Assembly: GCA_963766795.1 (NCBI GenBank) | Contig: CAVYBN010000013.1 | Coordinates: 1 to 62,175, forward strand | Source of the DNA: Candidatus Parcubacteria bacterium | GTDB taxonomy: Bacteria > Patescibacteriota > Minisyncoccia > Phycocordibacterales > PALSA-1337 | Length of the DNA stretch: 62,175 nt | Direction of reading: 5' to 3' | Shown: positions 35,301-43,298 of the stretch, in pieces | How positions within the stretch are numbered: position 1 is the first letter of the stretch | How the letters are laid out: every line of letters starts with the position of its first letter | Translations under genes and position numbers: made by a program | The notes under the pieces: model-generated | The model's database searches: none | The model's input: only the letters and a program-made list of their open reading frames with translations | Told to the model about the DNA's origin: nothing

Positions 35301-35747
35301 TTGTTCGGCGGCATGAGCGACGCTTCGAGCGTGCCCCAGCTCCGATTGGCATCCGTGCCACCGGCCGACATGAAGGACAAGCTGGCTTGGGAGAAGGAGC
35401 TGCTCGGCCTCTATGTTTCAGGACATCCCCTTGAAAAATATCGCGAGACCATCACTAAGAAGGACATGGACATCAAGAAAGCGAAGGAAGGAAAGAAGGA
35501 CGGCGACGCGGTCGTCTTGGCAATCATTGTGAATGCCATTCGCATGGTGCAGACCAAGAATAACGAGACCATGGCCTTCCTGACCATTTCCGACTTCTCG
35601 GGCACGGCTGATATGGTCGCCTTTCCGCGCACTTACCGCGAATTCCGCGAGATGCTGGTGCCCGATGCCTGCCTGGCGATCAAAGCTACGGTCAATTCCA
35701 GGAACGGCGAGAAAGGGTTCGTATTAGAACGTGCAAAAAGACTTTGA
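32310..35747 (+). CDS. dnaE: DNA polymerase III alpha subunit
   Basis: FVHLHAHSHYSLL PHP domain, RGSAAGS, PDIDMD, YGFNKAHAASY, EKELLGLYVSGHP. Confidence 0.97.
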   Translation: MNRFVHLHAHSHYSLLSALPKIDELVAEAKKLGMDSLALTDNGNLYGAIDFYKACKKKEIKPIIGVDFYVAARSRKDQQAGIDNRRSRLVLLATNLTGYKNLLKLVTYSNFEGFYYRPRIDRELLEKYNEGLICIMPSFSGEIAQSLKGRTQEKAVEVAEFYKKIFKAEGEEVPRGRLSEAEEAEKQARRQQTPTPATEEELPRPMPVNRFFLEITRHPEIDGHEAAMKTLIDFGHRHGIPLMAAHDVYYIHPEDRAARETLLRVNSHTDGSDRNSDSDEDDFSFISSDKAEELFKDLPEALENTRKIADACNLELKLGTWVFPSYIVANGKSYDDELKRFTEEGYARRGIVKTPELAKRADYELEVIKNKGYAPYFLVVSDLLRHAHEKGIITTTRGSAAGSFVSYLTGIVNVDPIYFNLPFERFLNPDRPSAPDIDMDIADNRRDEMITYARERYGADHVAQIGTFGTMLARGSVRDVARAMGFSFDDGDKIAKLIPMGSQGFPMTLDHAMELVPELKSMYNNEPQAKTIIDMARKIEGCARHISVHAAGVVIAPGPLVEYTPLQFDPKGEGKIITQYDMYAIEEAGLLKLDFLGIRNLAILADAVERVKKIENIAVDIDTVPLDDKKTFEMLAKGETIGLFQLNGSGMTRYLVDLKPTTIHDINLMIALYRPGPMDNINEYIERKNGLTPVTYPHPAMKKFLETTYGVMVYQDDLLMTAIEVAGYSWSEVDKFRKAVGKKIPEEMAKQHAKFVEGAQKHGKLSEKKAEAIWKLFEPFQGYGFNKAHAASYGKVAYQTAYMKANFPEIYMSAVLSAESGDTDMIGEIVTECRRMGVPVLPPDVNESFSQFTVVKEQGTGVRVQGSGSADQDAERSKNQSAEDQTGTKNKSPSVPCTLYPVPFHRIRFGLVTIKNFGQGVSTAIIEERKKGGHFKSLADFLDRVKDRNLNKKSLEALIKSGAVDCFGEDRGTMLANIDLLLEYNKERGAQFAGQDSLFGGMSDASSVPQLRLASVPPADMKDKLAWEKELLGLYVSGHPLEKYRETITKKDMDIKKAKEGKKDGDAVVLAIIVNAIRMVQTKNNETMAFLTISDFSGTADMVAFPRTYREFREMLVPDACLAIKATVNSRNGEKGFVLERAKRL

Positions 35748-35762
35748 GTGCGTTAACCTCTC

Positions 35763-36017
35763 TCAACCTCTCCACCCCTCGCTAATCAATAGTTTCTTTT
35801 TCATAGTCGCCCCTCCCCGATTGTAATTCCCTATCGTGCCATCGCTTCGAATGACCCTGTGGCAGGGTATTTTCGGATCGAAATTCTTGGCCATGATGGA
35901 ACCGACCGCGCGAGCCGCTTTCCCATTTCCTGCCTTCTTGGCGACTTCCTTATAAGTCATCGTTTTACCGCGCGGGATGCGACGGACGATGGAACGGACT
36001 TTTTGGGTGAAATCCAT
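35763..36017 (-). CDS. MGMT family methylated-DNA repair protein (DNA-binding/active domain only)
   Basis: IPRGKTMTY..ARAVG..IPCHRVI. Confidence 0.88.
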   Translation of the reverse strand: MDFTQKVRSIVRRIPRGKTMTYKEVAKKAGNGKAARAVGSIMAKNFDPKIPCHRVIRSDGTIGNYNRGGATMKKKLLISEGWRG

Positions 36018-36088
36018 AAGACTAGTATACGTGACGGATTGCCAGCTGAAAATCCTATCGATTTAATTTGACTTTTCTAATCGAAGAG

Positions 36089-36601
36089 CTAAACTTGTAT
36101 TGCGGTCTCCGCATCATTCTTCGCAGCGTCCTTCGGGACTGTCTGTTCGTCCCCCTCCTCATCATCTGATAGGAGGGGTGTACTTTTATAAAGAAGATTA
36201 TAGACCTCAAGGCCGACCTCCCGCATCTTCTTTAATGAGATCTTCCCGACATATTTCGAAATCCGGGCTTTGGATATGGAACGCATCTGTTGCACAATGA
36301 TCGATCCAGACACGCCGTTTCCATCGACAAGATCGGTCTGGGTCATGGGCACGCGATATGGTCCGGGATCCGTATTCGAGATTGGTATGACGATAGCTGT
36401 CATGGATCGCCTTACGAACCTGCTTTCGCTTTGGAATATCAAAACTGGCCTTTCCTTGTCTATTTCAGACCCTATATTGCATCCCAGATTAGCATAATAG
36501 ATCTCGCCCATCCTGACATGCGGCCTGCTTTGCGATAGCTTATCCTTGAGCATATGCACCTCTAGAATCTCCATCTTTTTCCTCGTCCACGAAACAAGCA
36601 T
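36089..36601 (-). CDS. PemK/MazF family toxin
   Basis: GEIYYANLGCNIGSEIDKERPVLI..VIPIS..QMRSISKAR. Confidence 0.85.
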   Translation of the reverse strand: MLVSWTRKKMEILEVHMLKDKLSQSRPHVRMGEIYYANLGCNIGSEIDKERPVLIFQSESRFVRRSMTAIVIPISNTDPGPYRVPMTQTDLVDGNGVSGSIIVQQMRSISKARISKYVGKISLKKMREVGLEVYNLLYKSTPLLSDDEEGDEQTVPKDAAKNDAETAIQV

Positions 36602-36740
36602 TTTCGACTTAGTGAATAAGCCGGTATAAAAAATAGCGCCAGATTGGACTGCCGCTTTGTCAGGCATGCAGTTATTATATTCCCCGAATCAGATTCTTGT
36701 AAAGTTCACATCGTGTGGAAAAAGTGATAAAGTATCAGTT

Positions 36741-38489
36741 ATGAACCCCGCCGACCCAAAGCTCACAGCCAAGCGCCACACCCTCGCTCACTTATTGGCC
36801 GCAGCCGTGCTTGAACTCTATCCCGATGCCAAGCCGACGATCGGCCCGGCCATTGATAATGGCTTCTACTATGATTTCGAATTCTCCAAGCCAATCGCCG
36901 AAACTGATTTGAAAGACATTGAGAAGCGGATGCGCAAGCTTTTGCCGTCTTGGAAATCGATTGACGGTAAGGAAGTCAACGAAAAGGAGGCTCGCGACCT
37001 ATTCAAAGGCAATCCTTATAAGCTTGAGCTCATTGATGAGATCATTGCTAAGAAAGAGCCGGTGACGCTTTACACTGCCGGCAACTTCACCGACTTGTGC
37101 CGCGGCGGACACAGCGAATCGCCAGCCAAAGACATCGCGTCCGATTCATTCAAGCTCTCGCACTTGGCTGGCGCGTACTGGAGAGGCGACGAGAAGAACG
37201 CCATGCTCACGCGCATCTATGGCTTGGCTTTCGATACCAAGAAGGAATTGGACGCATACGAGACGATGATGAAAGAGGCAGAGAAGAGGGATCATAAGAA
37301 ACTTGGCCGCGAGCTCGACCTTTTCACATTTTCAGATTTAGTCGGAGCCGGATTGCCATTGTGGACGCCGCGAGGAACGCTGATAAGGAATCTTCTTGAC
37401 GACTATGTATGGGAATTGCGGAGAAAATATGGCTATGAGAAAGTCGAGATACCTCATATCACCAAGAAAGAGCTTTATGAAAAAAGCGGCCATTGGGATA
37501 AATTCAAGGACGAGCTCTTCAAGATAACCACGCGCGAAGGCCATGAGTTCGCAATGAAACCGATGAATTGCCCTCACCACACGCAGATATTCGCACGCAA
37601 GAGATGGAGCTATCGTGACCTACCGCAGCGCTATGCCAATACCACAACCTGCTATCGCGACGAACAGACCGGAGAATTGTCCGGACTGTCGCGCGTTCGA
37701 GCCTTCGCCCAGGACGATGCGCATGTCTTCTGCCGCGAAGCACAAGTCAAAGAAGAATTCTTGAAGATCTGGGACATCGTCCACGCCTTCTACGGGACTT
37801 TCGGATTCAAGTTGCGAGTCCGTCTGTCTCTTCACGATCCAAGACATCCTGAGAAATATTTAGGCGATGAGAATCGGTGGAAAAAGGCCGAGGACATCCT
37901 GCGTGAGATCGCCAAGGAGAAGAATGCTGATAATTATGAGGGCGTCGGCGAAGCAGCTTTCTATGGCCCGAAATTGGACTTTATGGCCAACGATTCGCTT
38001 GGCAGGCAATGGCAGGTCGCGACGATCCAGCTCGATATGAATATGCCGGAACGCTTCGATTTGAATTGCACCAACGAGGAAGGAAAGGATGAGCGTATCG
38101 TCATGATCCATGCCGCTATCATGGGATCGATCGAGCGTTTTCTATCCATATTGATCGAACACACTGCCGGCAACTTCCCTGTCTGGCTCTCGCCAATTCA
38201 AGTCAAGGTGATTCCTGTGGCAGAAGCGCATTTCGATGCCGCCAAAAAAGCCCACGAAGCTTTGCGCGCGCAGTTCATCCGCTCGGAGATCGACCTTTCA
38301 AATGATTCATTCGGCAAGAAGATCCGCAACGCCAAGACGGCGAAGATCCCATATTTTATTATTATTGGCGAAAAGGACATCACCGCTGGCAAAGTCACAT
38401 TGGAATCGCGAGATAAAGGACAGGTCGGCCAGCTTACAATTGAAGAAGTATTGAAAAGATTCGAGGAGGAGATCAAGGGGAGGAAATGA
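36741..38489 (+). CDS. thrS: Threonine--tRNA ligase (no N-terminal TGS domain)
   Basis: RHTLAH, DLCRGGH, RDHKKLG, KPMNCP, RVRAFAQDDAH, AFYGPK, GSIERF. Confidence 0.97.
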   Translation: MNPADPKLTAKRHTLAHLLAAAVLELYPDAKPTIGPAIDNGFYYDFEFSKPIAETDLKDIEKRMRKLLPSWKSIDGKEVNEKEARDLFKGNPYKLELIDEIIAKKEPVTLYTAGNFTDLCRGGHSESPAKDIASDSFKLSHLAGAYWRGDEKNAMLTRIYGLAFDTKKELDAYETMMKEAEKRDHKKLGRELDLFTFSDLVGAGLPLWTPRGTLIRNLLDDYVWELRRKYGYEKVEIPHITKKELYEKSGHWDKFKDELFKITTREGHEFAMKPMNCPHHTQIFARKRWSYRDLPQRYANTTTCYRDEQTGELSGLSRVRAFAQDDAHVFCREAQVKEEFLKIWDIVHAFYGTFGFKLRVRLSLHDPRHPEKYLGDENRWKKAEDILREIAKEKNADNYEGVGEAAFYGPKLDFMANDSLGRQWQVATIQLDMNMPERFDLNCTNEEGKDERIVMIHAAIMGSIERFLSILIEHTAGNFPVWLSPIQVKVIPVAEAHFDAAKKAHEALRAQFIRSEIDLSNDSFGKKIRNAKTAKIPYFIIIGEKDITAGKVTLESRDKGQVGQLTIEEVLKRFEEEIKGRK

Positions 38490-38620
38490 TTGAAATTCAA
38501 CCAGACATCGCAAAAGCCCCTTCCGCCCTCCGTCAACTGACGGAGGCGGATCAGGGGCTTTTGGCGGCTTTGGGCCGGCTATCATTCTTAGACATTATTT
38601 GGAGCCGCACCCGTCTTGCC

Positions 38621-39778
38621 TTATATTTTGGGACGATTGAACAAGAGATAGATGATCGTGGCGAAGAGGATCAGGATGACCAGGACCGCGACCCAGCCCC
38701 AAGGGATGCTTCCGATGGAGAGAGAGGTGGCGGCGGCATTGGTGACCGTGGACTGTTGCTGTTGACCCGGTTGAGTCGTGGTCGTAGTAGTCTGCGTGGT
38801 CGTCTGCGAAGACTGGCGAGGCGCGTAAGCGACGTTCGAAGAAGCCGAGCGGACCGCCAAGGAATTGCTGCAAGCCTTGGTGCCGGTCATGCCATTGGCT
38901 GACGTGATGTTGACGATGGCGCTCTTATTGCCGCTCGTGTCGTAATACTTGGTGACCGAGCTGCCGGAGCCAGAGAGGCCGTCGGAACCGGTCCAAGAAT
39001 AGGTGTAAGGCGCGACGCCCCCCGTGACTTCAGCGGTCCAAGTGACAGGCTGATTGGGCGTAGCCGTGGTCGGATCGGCATAGCAGCCGATGTCGAGGCC
39101 GGCATTGTTGGACTGCGCGTAAGCGACAGTCGGCTGGCTGTAATAAGTCGGCTGGACGTAAGCGACCGGCTGGACATAGGTCGGCTGTTGATAGACGGCG
39201 TAAGCGCTGTAGACGTTGACGGACGAATCGCAATTGACCGTGACGGACTGGCCATTCGAATAGATCGTGACCGAGGCAGTCTTATAGCCGGGATTGTAAT
39301 AAGTCATGTACGCGTAGGAATTGTAGGAACCGTATGAGGAGAAGCCGTCAGTTCCGGACCAGGAATAGGTGTAAGAACCGTTGCCGCCGGAAGCGGAAAC
39401 GATCCATTCGACGGAAACGCCGGTCTGCACATAAGTGCTCTCTGCGTAGCAAGACGCCGACAAAGCCGGGTATTGGGTATAAGTCGGCTGTTGAACATAA
39501 TATGTCTGTTGCGGTTGCTGGACATAGATCGGCTGGGATTGCTGATATATGACCTGCGGCGGTTGCTGGACATAGATCGGTTGAGGTTGCTGATAGACGA
39601 TGGGTTGCGGCTGACTGTAAGTCACCGGCGGATAATGATACGGCTGATAATTATTGCCATAATAATAGGGTTGGGCATGCGCCTGAACCGGCGAAATGCC
39701 CATGAAGGCGGCAAAGACTAGCGCCGTGAGAACGGTGCCGAGTCCGAGAGCCTTGATGGTGTTCGATTGGTAATTCAT
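38621..39778 (-). CDS. Secreted Q/Y/P-rich protein with two PKD/Ig-like repeats and C-terminal TM anchor
   Basis: Signal peptide, QQPxxY repeats, duplicated GGxxxYTYSWxGxDG motif. Confidence 0.75.
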   Translation of the reverse strand: MNYQSNTIKALGLGTVLTALVFAAFMGISPVQAHAQPYYYGNNYQPYHYPPVTYSQPQPIVYQQPQPIYVQQPPQVIYQQSQPIYVQQPQQTYYVQQPTYTQYPALSASCYAESTYVQTGVSVEWIVSASGGNGSYTYSWSGTDGFSSYGSYNSYAYMTYYNPGYKTASVTIYSNGQSVTVNCDSSVNVYSAYAVYQQPTYVQPVAYVQPTYYSQPTVAYAQSNNAGLDIGCYADPTTATPNQPVTWTAEVTGGVAPYTYSWTGSDGLSGSGSSVTKYYDTSGNKSAIVNITSANGMTGTKACSNSLAVRSASSNVAYAPRQSSQTTTQTTTTTTQPGQQQQSTVTNAAATSLSIGSIPWGWVAVLVILILFATIIYLLFNRPKI

Positions 39779-39846
39779 GTTATATACGGCCCAATAAGGC
39801 CAATTAAGCGCTAATGTGAGTATCCTACACTAAAACAGCCTAGAAG

Positions 39847-41142
39847 TCAAGAGAGGACTTCCCGCTTCCCCATGAGCAACTCGCCGACGTATTTTACGAG
39901 AAGTATCGACGCCGTGGCGCAGAATACTCCGAGCGCCCAGCCGGCGATGACATCAGAGGCCCAATGGGCGTTCAAGACGATCCTGGAAAGGCCGACGGCG
40001 ATGGCTCCGAGCACGCACAGCGTCATGAATGATTCGCGCCTGACCCATGAGCGGATATGCGGCGCGGCCAGATAGACGACGGCGATCGCGAAGGCCGCGG
40101 CAAAGGCGGCATGCGCTGATGGAAAGCTCGGATCGGCGGCCAATGCCGGAATGAGAGAATTTGCCGGACGGACTATCATAAAGAAGCTTTTCATCCAGCC
40201 GACGGACAGAGCGGCTGAACCGACGGACAAAAGCAGGACCGCAGCCGAGCGCCATTTTCTGCGAAAGGCTAAGAATATGCCGACCGCGACCGTGAGCACG
40301 GTCACGGTAGCCAAACCTCCGATCGAGCTTACGGAAGAAGCAACCGCAGCCCAGAACGGCCCGTTCGGACTGGCGGCCAGAAGAGCGGATCTTCCGTTCG
40401 CCCATAGGTCGAAGCCGGCCATGAACGAACGGGACGAAAAGGCATCTTGGACCATCTTGGCCAGCACATAGAGGGAGATCACGTTCAGCCCCAGAGCGAA
40501 CAATTCATAGCGCCTGAAGATGTGGAAGCGCGCGTTGACGAAGCGGTAGCCCCAGATGATAAGGACGGACGCGATCACCGCGACGACGATCATCTTCCCG
40601 AACATGCCGGCGGCCGCGTGATACCCGAGGCCCAGTATATAGCCCAGAAGGACCGAGCATACCACCCAGAGAAAAGCTCCGATGATGTTGAAAGGCCAGA
40701 ACGATCGCGGAGTCACTCCGCCGGCCCCGACCAAGAAAGGCATGATGCCGCGCGTCACCGGATTGAAGCGGCCGATGATGAGGGCCTTGCCGGTATGAGA
40801 TTCGACCAGACGGGAGGCTTTGTCTATATGGGACTGCCGGATGAAGAAGACCGAGCGGAAGCGCTGTATGAGAGGCATGCCATAGCGCCGGCCGATGTAG
40901 AAACTGAAGAAATCGCCGATGATAGCGCCGACGATGGCCACGGCCATGACGATCCAGATATTGAAGATGCCGGCGGCGGCGATGAAACCGGCGGCGATGA
41001 TGACCACATGGCCGGGAATGAGCACGCCCAAGAGCGGTATGCCTTCAAGGGCTGTGATCAAAAAGAGCGTGATATAGCCGCCGCCGACCGCGAAAGCCAC
41101 CAGAGCGTCAGATAAAGCAGAAAAAAAACGCAGATAAGACAT
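39847..41142 (-). CDS. Bifunctional DedA / PAP2 membrane protein
   Basis: LIPG..GDFFSFYIGR..GRF; SFPSAH, SRIVLNAHWASDV. Confidence 0.9.
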   Translation of the reverse strand: MSYLRFFSALSDALVAFAVGGGYITLFLITALEGIPLLGVLIPGHVVIIAAGFIAAAGIFNIWIVMAVAIVGAIIGDFFSFYIGRRYGMPLIQRFRSVFFIRQSHIDKASRLVESHTGKALIIGRFNPVTRGIMPFLVGAGGVTPRSFWPFNIIGAFLWVVCSVLLGYILGLGYHAAAGMFGKMIVVAVIASVLIIWGYRFVNARFHIFRRYELFALGLNVISLYVLAKMVQDAFSSRSFMAGFDLWANGRSALLAASPNGPFWAAVASSVSSIGGLATVTVLTVAVGIFLAFRRKWRSAAVLLLSVGSAALSVGWMKSFFMIVRPANSLIPALAADPSFPSAHAAFAAAFAIAVVYLAAPHIRSWVRRESFMTLCVLGAIAVGLSRIVLNAHWASDVIAGWALGVFCATASILLVKYVGELLMGKREVLS

Positions 41143-41198
41143 GTGGATATGATTGTATCACATGACTATTGCATTTTAAAAAGCTCCCATGGTAGAAT

Positions 41199-41441
41199 AT
41201 GGGCATGAAACCTATCACTATATATTCAACGCCGACGTGCGTTTATTGCAATATGGCCAAGAGCTTCTTCAAGGCCAACGGAGTGGCTTATACGGAGTAT
41301 AACGTCGCGGCTGACATGGAGCGCCGCAAGGAGATGATCGACAAGACCGGGCAGATGGGCGTCCCCGTCATCGACGTCGGAGGCGAAGTCGTCGTCGGCT
41401 TCGACGAGCCGAAGCTCCGAGACTCTCTGGGGATAAAGTAA
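41199..41441 (+). CDS. Glutaredoxin/NrdH-like protein
   Basis: IYSTPTCVYC..GQMGVPVI..GFD. Confidence 0.9.
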   Translation: MGMKPITIYSTPTCVYCNMAKSFFKANGVAYTEYNVAADMERRKEMIDKTGQMGVPVIDVGGEVVVGFDEPKLRDSLGIK

Positions 41442-41755
41442 GGCAGGATATAAGATAGAGAGACCCGGATAAGATCCGGCTTTTTTATGCGACAAAAACC
41501 GCCAGAAATCCAACTGGCGGCAGATGATCGCACGGGAAACTCAGGTCTGGTCAGAACAGCTTGAACAGCTTCTGAAGCAGCATGCATGAAAGCGGCAAAG
41601 CTACTGTTATCAGCATGAGGAGCAAGGTGACGCGGTTCGCGCGCTTGCCTTTCTCCGCTTCATTCAAATCTTTGTATTTTTTCAAGGAAGATCCTTTCGT
41701 TTAATGGTTCAAAATTCAAGTGCACGCTAGCATTATAATGATATATCGTCAATTG

Positions 41756-41826
41756 TGCGAGATGGGAGAATCGAACTCCCGCCCGATGCTTGGGAAGCAC
41801 CAGTTCTGCCACTAAACTAATCTCGC
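41756..41826 (-). tRNA. tRNA-Gly(CCC)
   Basis: GCGAGAT/ATCTCGC acceptor, GGTGC-TTCCCAA-GCATC anticodon arm, GGGAG-TTCGATT-CTCCC T-arm. Confidence 0.92.
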
Positions 41827-41891
41827 GAACATCTCATTCACGGACATCCATTGAAAGGAGCTCTGAAAGCGCGACCGGCAGCCTTATCCTA

Positions 41892-42302
41892 TCATAATCC
41901 GAAAAAATCCAAGAGCTTGCGCCACCAGCTCTCGCCTGTTGCCGTAGAAGAAGCGCTTAAAGCCGATGCGCTTTGATTTGGATCAGGGCCTCCTGCTGAT
42001 GGGCTGTCCACGATGACCGCCACCGACTCCCCCGGCGTGACAGCGTGGTACTTCTCACGCAGGTCGGCTTCGATGCCGCCGGGCGAAGAAAGCCCTGTGA
42101 TCTCATCTGATAGCTTCTTCTGGCTGGCTTGGAGCTTCGCGGATTGCGCCTCAACCTGACCTAGACGCTCGGCAGCTAATTTGGCGCGATTGACCATAGT
42201 CCAGGCCGCCCGGGCCAATACCACGAAGACCGCCAGAACGATGATGAGCGTCACCGGCGAGGCCAATAAACGCTTCCATGAGAATGAGTTGCGGCTCTTC
42301 AT
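41892..42302 (-). CDS. Septum formation initiator, FtsB/DivIC-like
   Basis: TM, coiled coil, IEADLREKY..PGESVAVIV. Confidence 0.7.
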   Translation of the reverse strand: MKSRNSFSWKRLLASPVTLIIVLAVFVVLARAAWTMVNRAKLAAERLGQVEAQSAKLQASQKKLSDEITGLSSPGGIEADLREKYHAVTPGESVAVIVDSPSAGGPDPNQSASALSASSTATGESWWRKLLDFFGL

Positions 42303-42326
42303 ATCTTTCAGTATACTAGATTCACC

Positions 42327-42437
42327 ATGTTATTTCACGAGAAGACCCGCAAAGCCGCCAATATCGGCATCATTGTCATCAGTATCCTGGTGATCGTGAG
42401 CATGCTCATATTGTATTTCCCGGCATTGAGGCAGTAG
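42327..42437 (+). CDS. 36-aa single-TM small protein
   Basis: Manual translation MLFHEKTRKAANIGIIVISILVIVSMLILYFPALRQ. Confidence 0.5.
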   Translation: MLFHEKTRKAANIGIIVISILVIVSMLILYFPALRQ

Positions 42438-42448
42438 AAAGAGTCCCC

Positions 42449-43246
42449 TTAGTTTTGCGAGGCTTTTAAAGACACAGAGCCGATTTTTCTATTGGCATTC
42501 TTCAAAACGACGATGGAATTGACTATCTCGTTGTAAGGCGATATCTCTAAAATAGGCTTGAATAGCGAGTATACGGATCTAGGCAACGGCGGGTACAGGA
42601 GCTTCCTTCTGCCCCAGCTCGATCTGGCGATGATGTGGCAATCCTCTGATGCGCTTTTTTGGATGCGCGAGAATATCTTTTCCTTCTGACCGGCGTCCGT
42701 TCCGGCCAAGGCCGCGACAAAGATGACGTTGAAATCTCCATAGCCTTCGAACGAGCTTCCGTCTGCTTGCGCTACGGAGATCATATCCTGCAAACCGAGC
42801 ATTCTTATCACGGAACGGGAAAGCCGTACGGCGACGGGATCATTATCGATCAATTTCAATCTGACATTGTGGTTTAACGCCAAGATGATAGCCGTCATCG
42901 GCAACGGACCGCTGCCGACGAACAAAACATCGTGATGTTCATGGTAAGTGCACGAAGCCAGCGCATTCCATTCAAGCTTGGTCAGATCGACGTAATTCTT
43001 ATAGTACGGGAAATCGATGATGCCATTATTGCTGCTGATGATCTCCTTCGCCCAATGCTTTTCCATCTCATATTCAGCGTGGGAACAGACCCTTTGCAAA
43101 CAGCCGCATTTCTTTCTTGAAAGCATCTCCTCACTGGAGGGATCAGTGGCCTTAAGAACGAGAGCTGAAAAAAGAGAATTCACTTTTTCCGACGGCGTAT
43201 AGTCGTCCAGCGATATTATTTGGCTATAGATATCTTTGAGCTTCAC
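42449..43246 (-). CDS. Nicotianamine synthase family protein
   Basis: FPYYKNYVDLTKLE, FVGSGPLPMT, FVAAL, RS..G.R.LLYP. Confidence 0.85.
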   Translation of the reverse strand: MKLKDIYSQIISLDDYTPSEKVNSLFSALVLKATDPSSEEMLSRKKCGCLQRVCSHAEYEMEKHWAKEIISSNNGIIDFPYYKNYVDLTKLEWNALASCTYHEHHDVLFVGSGPLPMTAIILALNHNVRLKLIDNDPVAVRLSRSVIRMLGLQDMISVAQADGSSFEGYGDFNVIFVAALAGTDAGQKEKIFSRIQKSASEDCHIIARSSWGRRKLLYPPLPRSVYSLFKPILEISPYNEIVNSIVVLKNANRKIGSVSLKASQN

Positions 43247-43298
43247 CGCTCAACACTAATGCAAATCGGCTACGTTTGCAAATCATCGTCATTATGAC

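Noticed and set aside
32310-35747. Inteins or introns explaining the inserts in dnaE, rpoC, lepA and uvrD
   Set aside because: The inserts are 28-60 aa, lack C/S..HN intein ends and group I/II cores, and consist of repeats.
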